From contig DYPM01000002.1 in assembly GCA_020719895.1 (NCBI GenBank), positions 1-36,252 on the forward strand: a stretch of DNA of 36,252 nt. The letters run 5' to 3'. Source of the DNA: Sulfurovum sp. Its GTDB lineage: Bacteria; Campylobacterota; Campylobacteria; Campylobacterales; Sulfurovaceae. The position numbers and the translations under genes are program-made. The notes under the pieces are model-generated. The model saw only the letters and a program-made list of their open reading frames with translations. It was not told the origin of the DNA and did no database searches. Below are positions 33,924 through 36,252 of the stretch, in pieces. Each line of letters starts with the position of its first letter. Position 1 is the stretch's first letter.

Positions 33924-36082
33924 TATTTGACCTTTCTATTTGGTGTAAAGTGGTAGAAATTGGTGATTTCACCTTCTGATGTTTTGAGTGTTAGAGAAAA
34001 TAAAGCTGGTGACTCCACTATCATTTCACCTATTTTTTTGACACTGTCTTTTGGTATAGTAATCTGTGAAACCAACCTATCCTCAGGTTCTTGACCATTC
34101 TCTTTTGTGACGCATACTTCAAACAGTGCTTTACTATATAAGTCAAGCGTATCATTGACTACATAAAATTCCACTCTATCTTCTGGAGTTTGACGCGCAA
34201 CGACAATCAGTGGTGCAAAAGCATTTTTAAGGGCTTCATATCCAAGCTTTTTCTTTCGATAATAGTCCACAGCTCCCCAATTGATTGAAGGCCATCCTTC
34301 ATTAAACATAAATTGAAAAATTCCTGTTGTGCCATCATACTTTTGGATACGCAACATCTCTGTAGCATACTTAATCAAATTGGCTTGATACTCTTGAGAC
34401 TCTTTGATAAAAGTAAGCAGATCTCCTTTGTATGTGATGCCGTTTTTGGCATTCCAATCAAATTGAAAATTATGATACTCCCACTCTTTTTTGGCATTAT
34501 CGCTATTTGGATTAAGATATTTTTTGGGGAAAATTTTTGTCAGACTCTCCATCGATGGAACGGCTTGCGCTCCATATTCAGTCACAATTTTGGCACGAGA
34601 CTTTTTATCAAAGTCACGATAATTTCCACTATACCAACCAAACCATGGATGTTCGTTATTTGAAGAGAGTTTTTTGGAGAGATGATAGGTATCGTATGTT
34701 TTGATTTTTTCAAAAATCGCATCATCAAGTGCTTTGTTTTGATGCGAACTATAATCAGGATATTTCCATCGCATCCAATCAGAATCGTAAGGAGGCTCAT
34801 TGTGTATCGACCACAACATAATGCTTGGATGATTGTAAAGATGATCTACCATCTCTTGGGCTTGTCTGATTGCCTCTTTTTGAAAATTTGGCTCATCGAT
34901 ATATCCCCACTGTAGATTATAATCTTGCCATACCAAAAATCCCATCTCATCGCACAAATCATAAAACATCTTTGGTTCAATATGTGCATGAACACGAATC
35001 GTATTAATATGTGCTTCTTTCATTAGTTGCAAATCTTGACGAAATTTAGTTTCATCCATCTGCGATAGATATTGTGTAGAGATGTAGTTTGTGCCTTTGA
35101 GATAGAGAGGTGTGTCGTTGAGGATAAACTGCTCATTTGCATTGAGAGTCACTGTTTTAAATCCCACTTTTTGAGTCATCTGTGTATCACCAAGCTCAAG
35201 CGTCATCGTGTAGAGATGAGGAAAACCGCGATCATGCGTACTCCAAAGTTTGGCATCAGGTAAAAAGAGTCGAAAGTGTTGCGTTTGTCCTTTTTGAACA
35301 TGCATCTTTGCGATATAACTTATGCCTTTAAAGTTTGATGGAACAAACGTAATACGCCACTCTCTTTGCTGATAAGGATTTTCGTCTATATACTCAAACT
35401 GTTTGGAGGAAGAGGCAAAAAGGCGTTGAAGTGAGAGTGAAATATCTACCAAAACACCCTCTTTTTGAACTGTCGGCGTGACTTTGAGTGCATCAAACTT
35501 GTGAGAAAAGTAACTCCCAATCGAAATATGATTCCAAATACCGCCACTATTTTTATCCTGACCAAACTCCGACCATGCACCACCAGGACGCGTATCGTGA
35601 TGAGAAAAAATCCCACGCAAAAGCACTTTGTGAAGACTATAGTGAGTAGGAAAATTCTCTAATGGCGAATTGACACGCACTTTGATACGGTTTTCGCCAT
35701 TCTTGAGAGCTTTGGAGATATCCATAGAAAAAGTCTGGAAATATCCTGTATGTGACCCGATATATTGTTCATTTATCCACACATCACACATATAATCCAC
35801 GCCTTCAAAATTCAAAAAGTGAAAAGGCAAACACGGAAGTGCGTTGGAGTAAATCGTAGTTTCATACCACACTACGCCTGCATGATTGATACCATTGAGA
35901 TACCAATTGTTGGGCAGTGTCATTTTTGGTTCGTCACCTTTAAACTGATATGTCGCTCCATAAGGCCGAGGATGATGTTCAATAAAATATGACCAATTAC
36001 CATCTAACGATGTCAATTGTGGAGATAAATTACCAAAAAGAAGTGAAGAGAAAAAAAGAAGTAACCAAAAACGTTTCATCAA
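33923..36082 (-). CDS. Exported glycoside hydrolase family 2 (beta-mannosidase/beta-glycosidase-like)
   Basis: Signal peptide; LDGNW, FEGVDY, HTGYF, GGIW, KGTNY, NTIRVH, YDLCDEMGFLVWQD, acid/base WSIHNEP, nucleophile VTEYG; stop overlaps GT2 start (TAATG); start is TTG 36082 or ATG 36079. Confidence 0.88.
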   Translation of the reverse strand: MMKRFWLLLFFSSLLFGNLSPQLTSLDGNWSYFIEHHPRPYGATYQFKGDEPKMTLPNNWYLNGINHAGVVWYETTIYSNALPCLPFHFLNFEGVDYMCDVWINEQYIGSHTGYFQTFSMDISKALKNGENRIKVRVNSPLENFPTHYSLHKVLLRGIFSHHDTRPGGAWSEFGQDKNSGGIWNHISIGSYFSHKFDALKVTPTVQKEGVLVDISLSLQRLFASSSKQFEYIDENPYQQREWRITFVPSNFKGISYIAKMHVQKGQTQHFRLFLPDAKLWSTHDRGFPHLYTMTLELGDTQMTQKVGFKTVTLNANEQFILNDTPLYLKGTNYISTQYLSQMDETKFRQDLQLMKEAHINTIRVHAHIEPKMFYDLCDEMGFLVWQDYNLQWGYIDEPNFQKEAIRQAQEMVDHLYNHPSIMLWSIHNEPPYDSDWMRWKYPDYSSHQNKALDDAIFEKIKTYDTYHLSKKLSSNNEHPWFGWYSGNYRDFDKKSRAKIVTEYGAQAVPSMESLTKIFPKKYLNPNSDNAKKEWEYHNFQFDWNAKNGITYKGDLLTFIKESQEYQANLIKYATEMLRIQKYDGTTGIFQFMFNEGWPSINWGAVDYYRKKKLGYEALKNAFAPLIVVARQTPEDRVEFYVVNDTLDLYSKALFEVCVTKENGQEPEDRLVSQITIPKDSVKKIGEMIVESPALFSLTLKTSEGEITNFYHFTPNRKVK

Positions 36083-36200
36083 TATATTTCCTTTGTCATA
36101 GACAAGAGTCTTTTAAGAGAATGTAAAAAATAAGATTCAAATCTTTTAAGTCTATCATACCTTAACATAACTCAAACTTCTTAAAGGCATTTTATTTGTA

Positions 36201-36252
36201 GAGAACTTCTAAAAAATATAGATTGCCACGCAACGTTCGCAATGACAAATCC
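36201..36252. repeat. REP/MITE-like element, copy 6, truncated by window end
   Basis: GAGAACTTCTAAAAAATATAGATTGCCACGCAACGTTCGCAATGACAAATCC; matches 28249-28283 and the reverse complement of 16591-16646. Confidence 0.8.

Overview
Chromosomal window from a chemolithoautotrophic Campylobacterota (epsilonproteobacterium, Sulfurovum/Sulfurimonas-like by gene content). Left part (1-16.5 kb): reverse-TCA ATP-citrate lyase aclBA, a Tat-exported FccB/SoxF-type flavoprotein, ruvA, a D-2-hydroxyacid dehydrogenase, an anchor-less FrdA/FrdB-like pair with non-canonical cofactor motifs, perR-like regulator and ahpC separated by a structured leader/sRNA candidate with a C/U-rich loop, a UbiD-family menaquinone decarboxylase, a YkuD protein, an NhaC-family transporter, and alpha/beta-hydrolase-murF. 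Middle (16.6-23.3 kb): mlaA-mlaC-MMPL cassette bracketed by a 62-bp direct repeat, an L,D-transpeptidase, rplM-rpsI-rpsU. Right part (23.4-36.1 kb), the most interesting block: a complete partner-switching module (PAS hybrid kinase, REC-PP2C phosphatase, STAS protein, RsbW-like kinase) with no sigma factor, joined to a CugP-like NDP-sugar pyrophosphorylase and a four-gene glycan operon (exported GH2, PilZ-less cellulose-synthase-like GT2, DUF3131 protein, OpgC-like acyltransferase). Six copies of a palindromic REP/MITE-like repeat family lie in intergenic regions. All product calls come from motif recognition by eye; no database search was run.
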